Counted from the first letter of the stretch, positions 46,907 through 57,515 are shown. The stretch is 64,000 nucleotides of DNA from Caldisericota bacterium (GCA_024655865.1 JANLFM010000004.1:19040-83039), one strand, 5' to 3'. The notes: generated from the letters alone by a model not told the origin. Program-made: numbers and translations.

Positions 46907-48361
46907 CTATCCCTTTATCACCCCTAAGGGTTTCATTTTAGCCACCTTACGGGAAATTCCTGCGCCGGCTACTGCCTCCACTACCTGGGTAACGTCCTTG
47001 TAGGCGTCCGGGGCTTCCTCCACCAGGGTCTCTCTGCTCGCTGCCTGAACCAGAATTCCTCTTTTTTGGAGTTCAGCCACCAGTTCCTGCGGCTTGATCT
47101 CTCTTTTTGCCTCACTGCGGCTCTTCACCCTTCCGGCCCCGTGGCAGGTGGATCCAAAAGTCTCCTTCATGGCCAGATCCGTCCCTACAAGCACATAGGA
47201 GCACCTTCCCATATCGCCCGGTATCAGGACGGGTTGCCCCACTTTCCTGTAGCGCTCTGGAAGTTCAGGGTGTCCTGCGGGAAAAGCCCTGGTTGCTCCT
47301 TTGCGATGCACGCAGAGAGTCATCCTCTTCCCATCCACTTCGTGATCTTCGATTTTGGCCACGTTGTGTGCCACATCGTACACTACCTGGAGGCCCAGCT
47401 CGCGCTCGCTCAGCTTGAAGACAGAGGTCACCGCCTCCCTCACCCAGTGGGTGATCAACTGCCGGTTAGCCCAGGCAAAGTTTGTGGCCGCCCTCATAGC
47501 CTGGAGGTACGCCTGACCCTCGTCCGATTTCACAGGGGCACAGGCCAGTTGCCTATCTGGCAAAGATATGCCATATTTCTGCACCGCCTTCTGCATCACC
47601 TCGATGTAATCGGAACACACCTGGTGGCCCAATCCCCTGGAACCCGTATGGATCAAGATGGTGATCTGACCGACCTCCTTGATCCCGAACGCCTCAGCCA
47701 CTGATTGATCGTAGATTTCCACGACTTCCTGAACCTCAAGGAAGTGATTCCCGGCCCCTAAACTGCCGACCTGGGAATAGCCCCTTTCTTTGGCGCGATT
47801 GGAAACCCTTCCCGGGTCGGCTCCCTTCATTTCCCCGTAGGATTCAATCGCCTCCAGGTCCTCCTTATGGCCGTAACCCTTCTCCACTGCCCAGCGGGCG
47901 CCGTGGCGCAGAAGGTCGTCTATTTCTGCACGGGAAACCCTAATTTTACCCTCAGACCCAACTCCTGAGGGAACGTTTGAGGCGATCTTGGGCACCAGGC
48001 TCTCCAGCTTATTCAAAAGGTCCTTTTTATGCAAGGTAGTGGTGAGTAGACGCACACCACAGTTGATATCGTACCCCACCCCTCCCGGGGAGATCACCCC
48101 TTCCTCAACGTTGAAAGCTGCCACGCCTCCGATGGGAAAACCGTAACCCCAGTGAATGTCGGGCATGGCCAGCGAAGCCTTCACTATTCCCGGGAGGCAG
48201 GCCACATTAGCCACTTGCTCCGGTGCATCTTCGGAGAGGATATCGGGGAGCAGCGCCTCAGAAGCGTATATGATGCCGTCGACTCGCATCCCGGGCTTGT
48301 ATCCTTGTGGAATGCGGTACTTGTACTGATCTAATTTTTCTAGCTTTCCTTTCCAAGCCAT
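46907..48361 (-). CDS. rtcB: RNA-splicing ligase RtcB
   Basis: MPDIHWGYGFPIG, DINCG, GNHF, HRKGA and HGAGR motifs. Confidence 0.95.
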   Translation of the reverse strand: MAWKGKLEKLDQYKYRIPQGYKPGMRVDGIIYASEALLPDILSEDAPEQVANVACLPGIVKASLAMPDIHWGYGFPIGGVAAFNVEEGVISPGGVGYDINCGVRLLTTTLHKKDLLNKLESLVPKIASNVPSGVGSEGKIRVSRAEIDDLLRHGARWAVEKGYGHKEDLEAIESYGEMKGADPGRVSNRAKERGYSQVGSLGAGNHFLEVQEVVEIYDQSVAEAFGIKEVGQITILIHTGSRGLGHQVCSDYIEVMQKAVQKYGISLPDRQLACAPVKSDEGQAYLQAMRAATNFAWANRQLITHWVREAVTSVFKLSERELGLQVVYDVAHNVAKIEDHEVDGKRMTLCVHRKGATRAFPAGHPELPERYRKVGQPVLIPGDMGRCSYVLVGTDLAMKETFGSTCHGAGRVKSRSEAKREIKPQELVAELQKRGILVQAASRETLVEEAPDAYKDVTQVVEAVAGAGISRKVAKMKPLGVIKG

Positions 48362-48420
48362 TCAGATCTCCTCCCTTTATTCTAATGATAACCAATGCGA
48401 AAAAAAGTTAAAATATCCCC

Positions 48421-49734
48421 ATGGATCGGCGCAAGGTCCCGATAATAATTTTAGCGTCGCTTACCATAGTAGCGATCGGCGTCGCCTTTGTTCTCAGTTT
48501 CTGGGGCATAGGGTACGGCCTTCAACCCTTCCCTCTTCCCTCCCACGCAAAGGTGCTCTTTATCCTCCCCCACCCCGATGACGAGGTCATCACGGCAGGA
48601 GGGGTGATCTCTGAGCTGGCGAAGATGGACTGTGAATTGACTTTCGTGTATCTCACGAACGGCGAGAACTTTGAGTGGGCGGCGGAAGAAGAAGCCGATA
48701 CCCTCCTCCTCAGGCCTCAGGAATACCTGAAATTTGGCTACGAAAGACAAGTGGAAACGGAGAGGGCGCTCGAGGACCTGGGTTTGACCAACCCAAAATT
48801 AATTTTTTTGGGCTATCCGGACCGCAACCTGACCGCCCTTTTAAGGGAATACTGGTCCTCTCACAATCCCCTCTACAGCAAGCAGCTTAAAACAAATAAA
48901 ACCCCTTTTTTCAACTCCTTTAATCCCCAGGCTGTCTTTTCTGGAGAATGCTTGCTTCAGGACTTAAAAAGGGTGCTCGCGCAGGAACCCTGGGATGTGA
49001 TTTTCCTTCCCTCTCCCTACGATTCCCATCCGGATCACCGGGCGGCAGCGGCTTTTTCCCGGATGGCTCTCGAGGAAACGAGGGAGAATTCGGGGAACTC
49101 ACCCACCCTGGTCTCTTACCTCGTGCACCGCGGGAACTGGCCCGGTCAGAACGGCAAATCCCGATTCCCCCTTCTTCCCCCAAGCTCCATGAGAAATCAA
49201 GAGGAGCTCTGGACGAGTTTCCATCTTACCCCAGAAGCCCTGGTCAGAAAAGAAAGGGCTCTAAATCAGTACAAAAGTCAGCTCAGAATCTTATCAGGGT
49301 ACCTTTTTTCCTTCCTCCGGCCCAACGAGCTTTTCTCCCTGGATACCCCCTTGGTTCTCCAGAACGAGGTGACGGTGTGGGAACCAGCCGCGGATACTTT
49401 CTGGCGCACCGTCTTTAAAGGAGCGGACTTCAAATCCCTTTCCTTTTCCTGGGAGAATGGATTAAAGCTTAAAATTGAGACCTCGGGTTCTTTTCCCAAG
49501 ACCTTCGATCTGGAAATACACGTTCTTTCTCTTAAAAATGGTGCCTGGAGCCCGGTGTTCGTCAAAGATGCCTTCCGCAATTTGAAAGAGTTGAAGGGAA
49601 CGATAGAACGGTCAGGCAAAACGATAGAGGCCTTTATTCCCATGGAAAGGCCGCAGGCTTTTGTCCTGGCGCTCTCCTCAAGATATTGGGTGAATATCGA
49701 CCGCAGTGCTTACTGGCTGATCAAGCTCCCTTAG
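48421..49734 (+). CDS. PIG-L family deacetylase with N-terminal membrane anchor
   Basis: PHPDDE, TNGE and DSHPDH motifs. Confidence 0.85.
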   Translation: MDRRKVPIIILASLTIVAIGVAFVLSFWGIGYGLQPFPLPSHAKVLFILPHPDDEVITAGGVISELAKMDCELTFVYLTNGENFEWAAEEEADTLLLRPQEYLKFGYERQVETERALEDLGLTNPKLIFLGYPDRNLTALLREYWSSHNPLYSKQLKTNKTPFFNSFNPQAVFSGECLLQDLKRVLAQEPWDVIFLPSPYDSHPDHRAAAAFSRMALEETRENSGNSPTLVSYLVHRGNWPGQNGKSRFPLLPPSSMRNQEELWTSFHLTPEALVRKERALNQYKSQLRILSGYLFSFLRPNELFSLDTPLVLQNEVTVWEPAADTFWRTVFKGADFKSLSFSWENGLKLKIETSGSFPKTFDLEIHVLSLKNGAWSPVFVKDAFRNLKELKGTIERSGKTIEAFIPMERPQAFVLALSSRYWVNIDRSAYWLIKLP

Positions 49735-50626
49735 CGCCGTGCCTTCTTGCCCAGGAGGGAAGCACTCCGGTTTCATCCTCCAGGAAACAGGCAAAGCCCA
49801 AAAGGCCAGGACCGGTATGAGTGCTGAGTACTGGTCCCAGGCCAGAAATGAAGGCCTCCTCCGGTTTGAGCTTTTGCCTTAAATTTTCTAAGACCTCCCT
49901 GGCCTCCTCCAGAGCCTCCGTCTGGTGGATGGCTATTCTCATCCTGGCTTGCGGATATTCATTTCTGATTTCCTCGAGAATGGCGATCATCCTCGCTCGG
50001 GCTGCAGCTTGAGTGCGCACCTTTTCCAAAACCTCGATTTTCCCCTCTTCTAAAAAGAGAATTGGTTTGATTTTGAGCAAAGTGCCGAGCAGTGCTTGCG
50101 CGCCGCCGATCCTTCCTCCTTTGTGTAAGTACTCCAGGGTGTCCACGACGAAGATCACCGTTATCCCCTCCCGCACTGCATTTACTCGAGCCAGCACCTC
50201 CTCTTTGCTCGCCCCTCCTCTGACCGCCTTCAGGGCTTCCAGCACCATAAAGCCCAGGCCCATCCCCGTAAAGAGGGAGTCTACAACTTCAATTTCCCCT
50301 CCTACAATTTTCGCCGCCTGCTGAGCTGAGTCTACAGTGCCCGAAAGCTTAGAGGAAATATGAAGGGAAATTATTGCGGAGCCCTCCTCGACGAGGGGTC
50401 TATAGACTTCCAGAAAATCCCCCACAGAGGGCTGGGAGGAGGTGGGTAGCGTCTTAGATTTTTTCAGCATGGAGAAAAAATCCTCTGTCTTAAGGTTCAC
50501 CCCTTCCCGATAACTTTTTTCCCCGAAGCTCACGTAAAGGGGAACAATGACCAGCTCTGGATACTCCTGGAGTACCTCCGGAGGCAGGTAGCAGGTTGAA
50601 TCGGTAACTATTCTTATTTTGCTCAT
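49721..50626 (-). CDS. DegV family fatty-acid-binding protein
   Basis: VTDST, SQPS, SSKLSGT, KGGRI and HTGPG motifs. Confidence 0.92.
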   Translation of the reverse strand: MSKIRIVTDSTCYLPPEVLQEYPELVIVPLYVSFGEKSYREGVNLKTEDFFSMLKKSKTLPTSSQPSVGDFLEVYRPLVEEGSAIISLHISSKLSGTVDSAQQAAKIVGGEIEVVDSLFTGMGLGFMVLEALKAVRGGASKEEVLARVNAVREGITVIFVVDTLEYLHKGGRIGGAQALLGTLLKIKPILFLEEGKIEVLEKVRTQAAARARMIAILEEIRNEYPQARMRIAIHQTEALEEAREVLENLRQKLKPEEAFISGLGPVLSTHTGPGLLGFACFLEDETGVLPSWARRHGAKGA

Positions 50627-50653
50627 CCTTCATCCCTCTTTCTTCCCCCTCAT

Positions 50654-50680
50654 GGGGTCAGGTCTTGCAATCCAACAATT
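50654..50680 (+). repeat. Solo GGGGTCAGGTCTTGCAATCCAACAATT repeat
   Basis: Identical to the copy at 43648. Confidence 0.85.
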
Positions 50681-50768
50681 CTTAAATGTATTAATATTAA
50701 ATGCTAAAAGAGTTTTAAATTTGACGACGGGAAAAATAACAAAGTTCCTGGTGGCTCTTTGGGATAAG

Positions 50769-51674
50769 GTGAAAAAGTTTAAATTACGAACTCAGGAGTA
50801 TTTCGTCATTATTGGGGGCGTGTTAATTCTGGCCCTCATCCTCTACTTTGTTTTCCACTCTCGCTCTTCTCCCCTTCGGGGCTTTGATTTAAGCCAGGTA
50901 ATTGGCGCCGGGCATTTGAAAAATTCTTCAAGCCCAACCTCGAGCTCCCCACCCCCTACCTTTTCCTCTTCCAGGCCGGAGGCTCCATTAATAGCTTTGG
51001 TGCTCGACGACAACGGCTACAACCTGGAGCAATCGCGAACCTTCATCGCCCTCCCCGTTCCCCTCACGCTTTCCGTCCTGCCCTCCCTCAAGTATTCCAG
51101 GGAAGTGGCACAGGAAGCTCTTGCTAAGGGTAAAGAAGTTATTTTGCATTGTCCCATGGAGTCTCATAAGGGAAACAACTGGTTGGGTCCGGGAGCGATT
51201 TTCACCACAATGAGCGATGAGGAAATTAAAAAACAGATCGAGGCCGACCTTTACGATGTTCCCGGGGCCACGGGAGTTAATAATCACATGGGCACAAAGG
51301 CTACCGAGGACTCGAGGGTGATGAGGGCGCTCCTCTCATATCTCAAAGAGAGAGGGCTTTTTTTCCTGGACTCCAGGGTGACTTCTGGCTCAAAAGCGCG
51401 GGAAATCGGCCTGGAACTGGGAGTTCCCGTTCTGGAAAATGACCTTTCATTAGATCACGATCCAGACCCCCAGGCGATCAGGGAAAAGATGAAAAGGCTG
51501 GGAGAGATCGCCCGGAAAAGAGGGGTAGCCATCGGCATAGCCCACGTCTATACCCGGGACATCCTCCCCCTTCTTTCGGAAGGAATAGGTTACTGGGAAG
51601 AGGAGGGCTTTCAGATGGTGCGCCTTTCCGAAATTATCCCCTATTGGGCGCCTTCACCGGGAGGGAAGCCTTGA
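50769..51674 (+). CDS. Divergent polysaccharide deacetylase
   Basis: LVLDDNG, HCPME, NNHMG, DS and IGIAH motifs; N-terminal TM. Start estimated. Confidence 0.85.
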   Translation: MKKFKLRTQEYFVIIGGVLILALILYFVFHSRSSPLRGFDLSQVIGAGHLKNSSSPTSSSPPPTFSSSRPEAPLIALVLDDNGYNLEQSRTFIALPVPLTLSVLPSLKYSREVAQEALAKGKEVILHCPMESHKGNNWLGPGAIFTTMSDEEIKKQIEADLYDVPGATGVNNHMGTKATEDSRVMRALLSYLKERGLFFLDSRVTSGSKAREIGLELGVPVLENDLSLDHDPDPQAIREKMKRLGEIARKRGVAIGIAHVYTRDILPLLSEGIGYWEEEGFQMVRLSEIIPYWAPSPGGKP

Positions 51675-52276
51675 ACGATCCCACGCTTCTCATTGAGGAG
51701 CTCCTAAAGAAGATCCGTTCCTGTCGCGCCTGCCAAGAAAAGGGGTATATTCCGGAAGCCAGACCCGTCTTCTCCCCGGTCTACCCCTCTTCCTGGATGC
51801 TCATCGGACAGGCCCCGGGGAAGGTGGAGCAGGAATCCGGGCTTCCCTTTATGGGACGGGCGGGAAGAAATCTTTTCCGCTGGTTCAAAGAGATCGGATG
51901 GGAGGAAAGGGGCTTTCGGAGGTCCGTTTACATGACCTCGGTCACAAGGTGCTGGCCGGGGAAGCAAGCGCGAACGAGTGGAGACAGGGCGCCTTCCCGA
52001 AAGGAGATCGACCTCTGCCTCCCGTTCCTCATGGAGGAAATAGAACTGGTCTCACCCAGAGTGGTGATCCTTGTGGGGAAGCTGGCCGTGAAAGTGTTCC
52101 TGAATATTGATAAACTGGAAGATGCGGTGGGGAAAAAATTCCAGCAAAAGGGCAGGATCTGGATTCCTCTTCCCCACCCTTCCGGGGCGAGCAGGTGGTT
52201 GAATCCCGAGGAAAATAAGGCCCGACTCCGGGAGGCTTTGAGAATTATAAAGGAGCTCAGGGATGCTGGAAATTGA
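51671..52276 (+). CDS. Uracil-DNA glycosylase family protein
   Basis: CRAC, GQAPG, PFMGRAG and PHPSG motifs. Confidence 0.85.
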   Translation: MNDPTLLIEELLKKIRSCRACQEKGYIPEARPVFSPVYPSSWMLIGQAPGKVEQESGLPFMGRAGRNLFRWFKEIGWEERGFRRSVYMTSVTRCWPGKQARTSGDRAPSRKEIDLCLPFLMEEIELVSPRVVILVGKLAVKVFLNIDKLEDAVGKKFQQKGRIWIPLPHPSGASRWLNPEENKARLREALRIIKELRDAGN

Positions 52277-52805
52277 TGATTCCGGATGGGGTTGCCCCGT
52301 GGGCGGGGTTTTGATCGGAGTGCTCCGCAGGGAAACCGAGGAATACCTGACAGGCATCATTCCTGTCTCTTACTTCCAGGAGGAGTTCAAGAAGGGATCA
52401 TACCTTCTGAAGGCTCGTAGCCTTACTAAAAACCTGATGGGGATGCTTAAGGTCGGGCCGAGGGAGCAGATTATCGTTTGCCCCGGCCCCCTTTTCCGGG
52501 AGTTTCGGACCTTCCTTTATGAAAAGGGATTCAACTTCCAGGTGCGCACGATCGGGGACCCCTTGCAGTCTCTCCTTCAAAAATCCTTTGCCCAATATCT
52601 GAATAGCCTGGGAGTTCCTCCCGAAGTTCTCGCACAGGGATCCACTCATCCCTCAAAAAGGTTCCGCGCGCTACTTAAATGGGTAGCGGAAAACTACAAT
52701 GAGCGTATCAGGCTCTGCAAAACTGGATGGTCCTCCTGGGAAAAATGGGAGGAGCTCATCCTTAAGGAGATCCACTCCTCAAACGAGGAGTCCTATTTCA
52801 CATGA
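52263..52805 (+). CDS. Hypothetical protein with an RNase HII-like N-terminal motif
   Basis: IDDSGWGCPVGG resembles IDEAGRGPxxG; overlaps the UDG gene. Confidence 0.6.
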   Translation: MLEIDDSGWGCPVGGVLIGVLRRETEEYLTGIIPVSYFQEEFKKGSYLLKARSLTKNLMGMLKVGPREQIIVCPGPLFREFRTFLYEKGFNFQVRTIGDPLQSLLQKSFAQYLNSLGVPPEVLAQGSTHPSKRFRALLKWVAENYNERIRLCKTGWSSWEKWEELILKEIHSSNEESYFT

Positions 52806-53022
52806 CCATGCAGGTCATGGTGGCAACCACGCCCTCAATCTGGTGAATCTTGGAGGTAATCAAATTGGACATCACCGAGGGATCCTCTGTCTCCACCACC
52901 GCAATCACATCGTAGGGACCGGTCACCACATCAGCCACTTTCACCTCGGGCAGGGCCAGAAGCTCCTTCTGCACATGAGGAATAGAACCCACTTCCGCAT
53001 CAATAAGAACGTATGCCTTCAT
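52798..53022 (-). CDS. Stand-alone Lrp/AsnC ligand-binding domain protein
   Basis: KAYVLI, VTGPYDVIA and IEGV motifs. Confidence 0.85.
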   Translation of the reverse strand: MKAYVLIDAEVGSIPHVQKELLALPEVKVADVVTGPYDVIAVVETEDPSVMSNLITSKIHQIEGVVATMTCMVM

Positions 53023-53074
53023 TTCTTTCCCTCCTTTTCCTCTATTGTAAAGGCAAGGAAGCAATTCCTACAAG

Positions 53075-54367
53075 TCAAGGGGTCAAACGATTTATATCAC
53101 GGGGAAAGAGGCAGGCTTGCCTGATGTTTTCGAGATCCAGAAGCCTTGCTGTAATTCGTTCCGCACCGATAGCCAGCCCACCGTGGGGAGGCATTCCGTA
53201 CTTGAAGGGTTCCAGGTAAAAATCAAAGCTCTCCGGATCGAGTCCAAATTTTTTGATATTCTGGACGAGCAGTCCGTAGTCATGAATTCGCTGGCCTCCA
53301 GTGGTGACCTCCATTCCCCGAAAGAGGAGGTCAAAGCTCCTCGTGATTGAGGGATTATCCTTATCGGGCATGGCGTACATTGGGCGCAAGGAGACCGGGT
53401 AACTGGTGACGAAGAGGAACTCGGAGTTCAGCTCCGACAGGGCGAACTCGCTGAGTAACTTTTCCGCTTCTGGATCGAGGTCGTCCTCTTCCTCCAGGTG
53501 CTTCCCGTATTTTTTCCTCAAGACCTCCTTGGCCTCAGAGAGGGTGAGCTGGGGGATGCTCTCCTGCGGCTCGGGAATCTTCGCTTGGAGCAGTCTAATC
53601 TCCCGGGAGCAGTTTTCCCTGATTCGGGAAAGAGCGTAAGCCAGAAGACGCATCTCCAATTCCATGACGTCCTGCTCGTCCTTGATGAAACCCATCTCGT
53701 AATCTAAACTAAGGTACTCGTTGATGTGTCGGGAGGTAGCGTGAGGTTCCGCCCTGTAAACGTGACCCACCTCGAAAACTCGTCCAAAAACCCCAACCAT
53801 CATTTGTTTGTAAAATTGCGGGCTCTGAGCCAGATAGGCTTTTTTCCCCATGTAATCGATGGGGAAAAGGGAGGCTCCTCCCTCAGTACCGGTGGCCACA
53901 ATCTTGGGGGAGAAGATCTCAGTGAAGCCCTCCCCGCGCAGGAAGTCACGGAAGGAACTCACGAATTCAGCCTCTATTCTGAAAATGGCCCTTTGTCTGG
54001 GATGGCGCAAGCTGAGGGGGCGATGATCAAGGATCAAACTCAAGCTGACCTCCAGTTCCTTCTTGTTCAGCTCGAAGGGCGGCAATTCCAGGGCTTTTGA
54101 GAGCAATTCCACTGATTGGGCGTGGACCTCAAGGCCCAAGGGAGCCCTAGGCTCGCTTACCACCTGTCCCTGGATGCGCACCGCGCTCTCTACGGGAAGG
54201 TCCCTCACGGTTTCCGCTTCGGGGATAACGACCTGCACGACGTCCCAGGGGTCACGCAGGAGAAGGAAAGCGAATGCGCCCATATCCCTGATCCTGTGCA
54301 CCCACCCCGTAAGGATCACTGTCTCTCCGACGAATTTTTCCAGGTAGCGGGAGTCCGCCTGCTTCAT
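53075..54367 (-). CDS. aspS: Aspartate-tRNA ligase, short non-discriminating (archaeal-like) type
   Basis: [20 protein letters not shown] and PPHGG motifs; 430 aa with no GAD insertion. Confidence 0.9.
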   Translation of the reverse strand: MKQADSRYLEKFVGETVILTGWVHRIRDMGAFAFLLLRDPWDVVQVVIPEAETVRDLPVESAVRIQGQVVSEPRAPLGLEVHAQSVELLSKALELPPFELNKKELEVSLSLILDHRPLSLRHPRQRAIFRIEAEFVSSFRDFLRGEGFTEIFSPKIVATGTEGGASLFPIDYMGKKAYLAQSPQFYKQMMVGVFGRVFEVGHVYRAEPHATSRHINEYLSLDYEMGFIKDEQDVMELEMRLLAYALSRIRENCSREIRLLQAKIPEPQESIPQLTLSEAKEVLRKKYGKHLEEEDDLDPEAEKLLSEFALSELNSEFLFVTSYPVSLRPMYAMPDKDNPSITRSFDLLFRGMEVTTGGQRIHDYGLLVQNIKKFGLDPESFDFYLEPFKYGMPPHGGLAIGAERITARLLDLENIRQACLFPRDINRLTP

Positions 54368-55560
54368 AGACCTCTTACCTCTTTCAGGAGCTCATCCACC
54401 CTGTCAGTTCGTTCCCAAGGGAAAAGCACGTCCTGCCGACCAAAGTGTCCGTATGCGGCGGTTTTCCGGTAAATAGGTTTCAAAAGGTCCAGTTGATCAA
54501 TAATCGCTTTGGGGCGGAGGTCAAAGACCTTGAGGATCGCTTTCTGAATTTTATCCTCAGGGACCTTTGCCGTGCCGAAGCTATCGGTGAACACCGAGAC
54601 CGGCCTGGCCACGCCAATGGCGTAAGAGACCTGGATTTCAAAGACGTCCGCCAGACCCGCGGCAACCACATTTTTAGCAATGTAGCGGGCCATATAGGCT
54701 CCAGAGCGATCGACCTTTGTGGGGTCCTTTCCCGAGAAGCACCCTCCTCCGTGAGCCCCCTTTCCGCCATAGGTATCCTGGATAATTTTTCTCCCCGTGA
54801 GCCCCACATCGGCCACAGGCCCTCCAGTTACAAATCTTCCCGTGGGGTTGACATAAATTATCGTTTGCTCATCTAACAGCTCCGGAGGAATTACGCGCTT
54901 AATCACCTTTTCCCTTATATCTTCGTCTATGCGTTCTCGAGTGATCTCCTCGTTGTGTTGTGTGGATACGATGATTGTGTGCACTCTATAAGGGACATTT
55001 TTTCTGTATTCCACAGTCACCTGGGTCTTTCCGTCAGGCCTCAAGTAGGGAAGCCTGCCGCTTTTTCTTTCCTCAGCAAGGGCGAAGGAAAGGCGATGTG
55101 CCAGGAATATAGGCATGGGCATTAGTGCCGGGGTTTCATTGCAGGCATAGCCCACCACCATCCCGGAATCCCCGGCCCCGATCTCGTCATAATGGTCCTG
55201 AGCGATCCCCAGTCTCACTTCCTGAGATTTGTCCACCCCCATAGCGATGTCGGGGGATTGTTTGTCCAGGGAAATCAAGACGGCGCAGGTGGAGGCATCA
55301 AAACCCAGGTCCGGGGAATTATACCCAATCTCTCTGACCGTTCTCCTGACTACTTCAGGGTAATCCACCATGGCCGTGGTCGTAATTTCCCCGGCTACAA
55401 ACACTAAACCGGTAGAAACCATGACCTCACAGGCGACCCTGGCTTTAGGGTCCTGAATCAATATCTCGTCCAGAATAGCGTCGGAAATCTGGTCCGCTAT
55501 CTTATCTGGATGTCCCTCAGTCACAGATTCGGAGGTAAACAAATATTTCTCCTGATTCAT
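54364..55560 (-). CDS. metK: S-adenosylmethionine synthetase
   Basis: [19 protein letters not shown] and [12 protein letters not shown] motifs. Confidence 0.97.
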   Translation of the reverse strand: MNQEKYLFTSESVTEGHPDKIADQISDAILDEILIQDPKARVACEVMVSTGLVFVAGEITTTAMVDYPEVVRRTVREIGYNSPDLGFDASTCAVLISLDKQSPDIAMGVDKSQEVRLGIAQDHYDEIGAGDSGMVVGYACNETPALMPMPIFLAHRLSFALAEERKSGRLPYLRPDGKTQVTVEYRKNVPYRVHTIIVSTQHNEEITRERIDEDIREKVIKRVIPPELLDEQTIIYVNPTGRFVTGGPVADVGLTGRKIIQDTYGGKGAHGGGCFSGKDPTKVDRSGAYMARYIAKNVVAAGLADVFEIQVSYAIGVARPVSVFTDSFGTAKVPEDKIQKAILKVFDLRPKAIIDQLDLLKPIYRKTAAYGHFGRQDVLFPWERTDRVDELLKEVRGL

Positions 55561-55635
55561 ACTTGGCCTCCTTAAAAGATTCCCATAAATTAGCGCAAAA
55601 TTGTCGCTATGACAAGGGGGAAGCGCCCAATCCTG

Positions 55636-56277
55636 TCAGATGGAGATCCGTCCCCAGATCCTGTTCAAGCTGTCCAGAGTAGCTTTGACTACAGCTTCCA
55701 GATAGTTGTTCTTCACAAAGGCCGAACCGGTCAGGGTTTGCTCTCCGTATGAGGAACAGACGCTAACGCAGACCACAATCAACGCTCTATCCTGTATGGT
55801 GAGTTCCTGGCACCCTAAGAGGGAAAGGCTGAATGATTCCTTGAGAAAGCCCTCTAAGGCCCTCAGCGTGGCCTGGGAAATGAGCATGCGCACGAAGGCT
55901 GCCGTGTTTGGGCCCGAGGCCTCTCCCCAAAAATGATCGCCTCTCCAGGAAAGACAAACCCTCACCTGGGCGTGATCTGCAGAGGTCTCAAAAGAAACTT
56001 TGTCCACCTTGGGCCTACCCCAGCTCTGAGCGAGGTCTCGGGAATTCCAAACGGCGATGTTAATTACTGCGGGATCAAGGTCGTCACCCATGAGTTCTGA
56101 TACGAGCTGAGAGATCTCTCTCCTCCATTGAGAATAATTGCGGGAATTATCTACGATGAGGTTCAGCGCCTCAAGCTTGTTTTCTGTTCCAAATTTGGAG
56201 GATACGGCCAGGATTCCTTCGATGCTCCTCAGCTTTTCCTCCAAGATTTGCTTTATTTCCATGCTTTCCCGGCCCAT
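55636..56277 (-). CDS. Conserved hypothetical protein (paralog of 32311-32946)
   Basis: Similar length and a similar C-terminus, LTGSAFV...EAVVKATLDSLNR. Confidence 0.7.
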   Translation of the reverse strand: MGRESMEIKQILEEKLRSIEGILAVSSKFGTENKLEALNLIVDNSRNYSQWRREISQLVSELMGDDLDPAVINIAVWNSRDLAQSWGRPKVDKVSFETSADHAQVRVCLSWRGDHFWGEASGPNTAAFVRMLISQATLRALEGFLKESFSLSLLGCQELTIQDRALIVVCVSVCSSYGEQTLTGSAFVKNNYLEAVVKATLDSLNRIWGRISI

Positions 56278-56367
56278 AATTTTAAATATTATACCATAAA
56301 TCCCACCCCCTCTGAGCTCTGAGGGTCAGGTCTTGCAATCCAACAATGAAGAGGATAAACTTTAACC

Positions 56368-57210
56368 ATGGCCAGACCACTGAGAATCGAATATCCCGGA
56401 GCTGTATACCACGTCACCTCTCGGGGTAACGCCCGCCAGGATATATTCCTGGACTCAAAGGATCGAGAACTTTTCCTCAAAACGCTCGCCGAGGTTGTCG
56501 ATGAGTTTAACTGGCTCTGTCACGCCTATTGCCTCATGGATAACCACTACCATCTCCTTCTGGAAACTCCGGACGCCAATCTCTCCCGGGGCATGCGCCA
56601 GTTGAACGGGGTTTACACTCAAATATTCAACCGCAGGCATAATACTTTTGGCCATCTCTTTCAGGGCCGCTACAAGGCAATCCTGGTAGAAAAGGAACGC
56701 TACCTCCTGGCGCTCTGTCGGTACATTGTCCTCAACCCCGTGCGCTCCGGAAAAGCGAAAGAGGTTCAAGATTGGGCCTGGAGCAGCTATCAAGCCACGG
56801 CCGGCCTCGCTCCGCCCCCTCCATTCCTTGTTACCGATTGGATTTTGGGGCAATTTGCACCCGAGAAGAATAAGGCCCAGGCACTCTATCGCCAGTTTGT
56901 AAATTCCTGGCCGGGCACCTCTCCCTGGGATGATCTCCGCGGACAGATTTATTTGGGGAGCGAGAGGTTCATTAAGGATCTTGCCAATGGGAATGCCCTT
57001 GCCAAAGGAAATGCCCTTACTGAGGTTCCCCGCTTCCAGAGGAACGTGAACCGGCTCGGGCTCGAGGAAATTTTTGCAGGACGACCCCAGGAGGAGGCGA
57101 TTGCCCTGGCTTATCGGGAACATGGCTACACGATGAAGGAGATCGCCGCATACTTGGGAGTTCATTACGCTACTGTCAGCAGGCGCTTACGGCGCTCCCG
57201 CCCCCTGTAG
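56368..57210 (+). CDS. HUH (Y1/RAYT-like) tyrosine transposase with C-terminal HTH
   Basis: MARPLR, YHVTSRGN, HYH (HUH), GHLFQGRY and RYIVLNP motifs; C-terminal EIAAYLGVHYATVS. Confidence 0.9.
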   Translation: MARPLRIEYPGAVYHVTSRGNARQDIFLDSKDRELFLKTLAEVVDEFNWLCHAYCLMDNHYHLLLETPDANLSRGMRQLNGVYTQIFNRRHNTFGHLFQGRYKAILVEKERYLLALCRYIVLNPVRSGKAKEVQDWAWSSYQATAGLAPPPPFLVTDWILGQFAPEKNKAQALYRQFVNSWPGTSPWDDLRGQIYLGSERFIKDLANGNALAKGNALTEVPRFQRNVNRLGLEEIFAGRPQEEAIALAYREHGYTMKEIAAYLGVHYATVSRRLRRSRPL

Positions 57211-57278
57211 GATATTGGATTTTCGATACAGTTCTTATCCTGACTGCCTTTAAAGAGGAGGGACCGAAGGGAACACGA

Positions 57279-57515
57279 CTTTGTAAGCGGTATGGGCGCC
57301 TCTGTCAGGAGCGACTTTGTAAACGAAATGGCTCGACTTTGTCGGTGGCGTGACTCGCTTTTGTAAGCAGCACGGGCACCCTTTTTCGGTGTAATGACCC
57401 CCCTTTGTCGGTGGCGTGACTCGCTTTTGTAAGTGGCACGGGCGCCTCTGTCAGGGAAAACGCTCGGCCTTCTCGTCTCTGTCAGTGGCATGACCCCCTT
57501 ATCAGCGGCCTGACC
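57279..57515. repeat. Degenerate ~21-22-bp tandem repeat array
   Basis: About 10 units beginning CTTTGT/CTCTGT; CTTTGTCGGTGGCGTGACTCGCTTTTGTAAG occurs twice. Confidence 0.7.

Noticed and set aside
50619-50768. Extended N-terminus of the deacetylase ORF
   Set aside because: It runs through the repeat copy and the promoter region; the GTG at 50769 just before the TM helix is more plausible.
55560-55635. SAM riboswitch before metK
   Set aside because: The intergenic space is only about 75 bp and has no S-box consensus.
56980-57018. 18-bp in-frame duplication (LANGNA/LAKGNA) in the transposase
   Set aside because: It lies in a linker and is probably neutral slippage.
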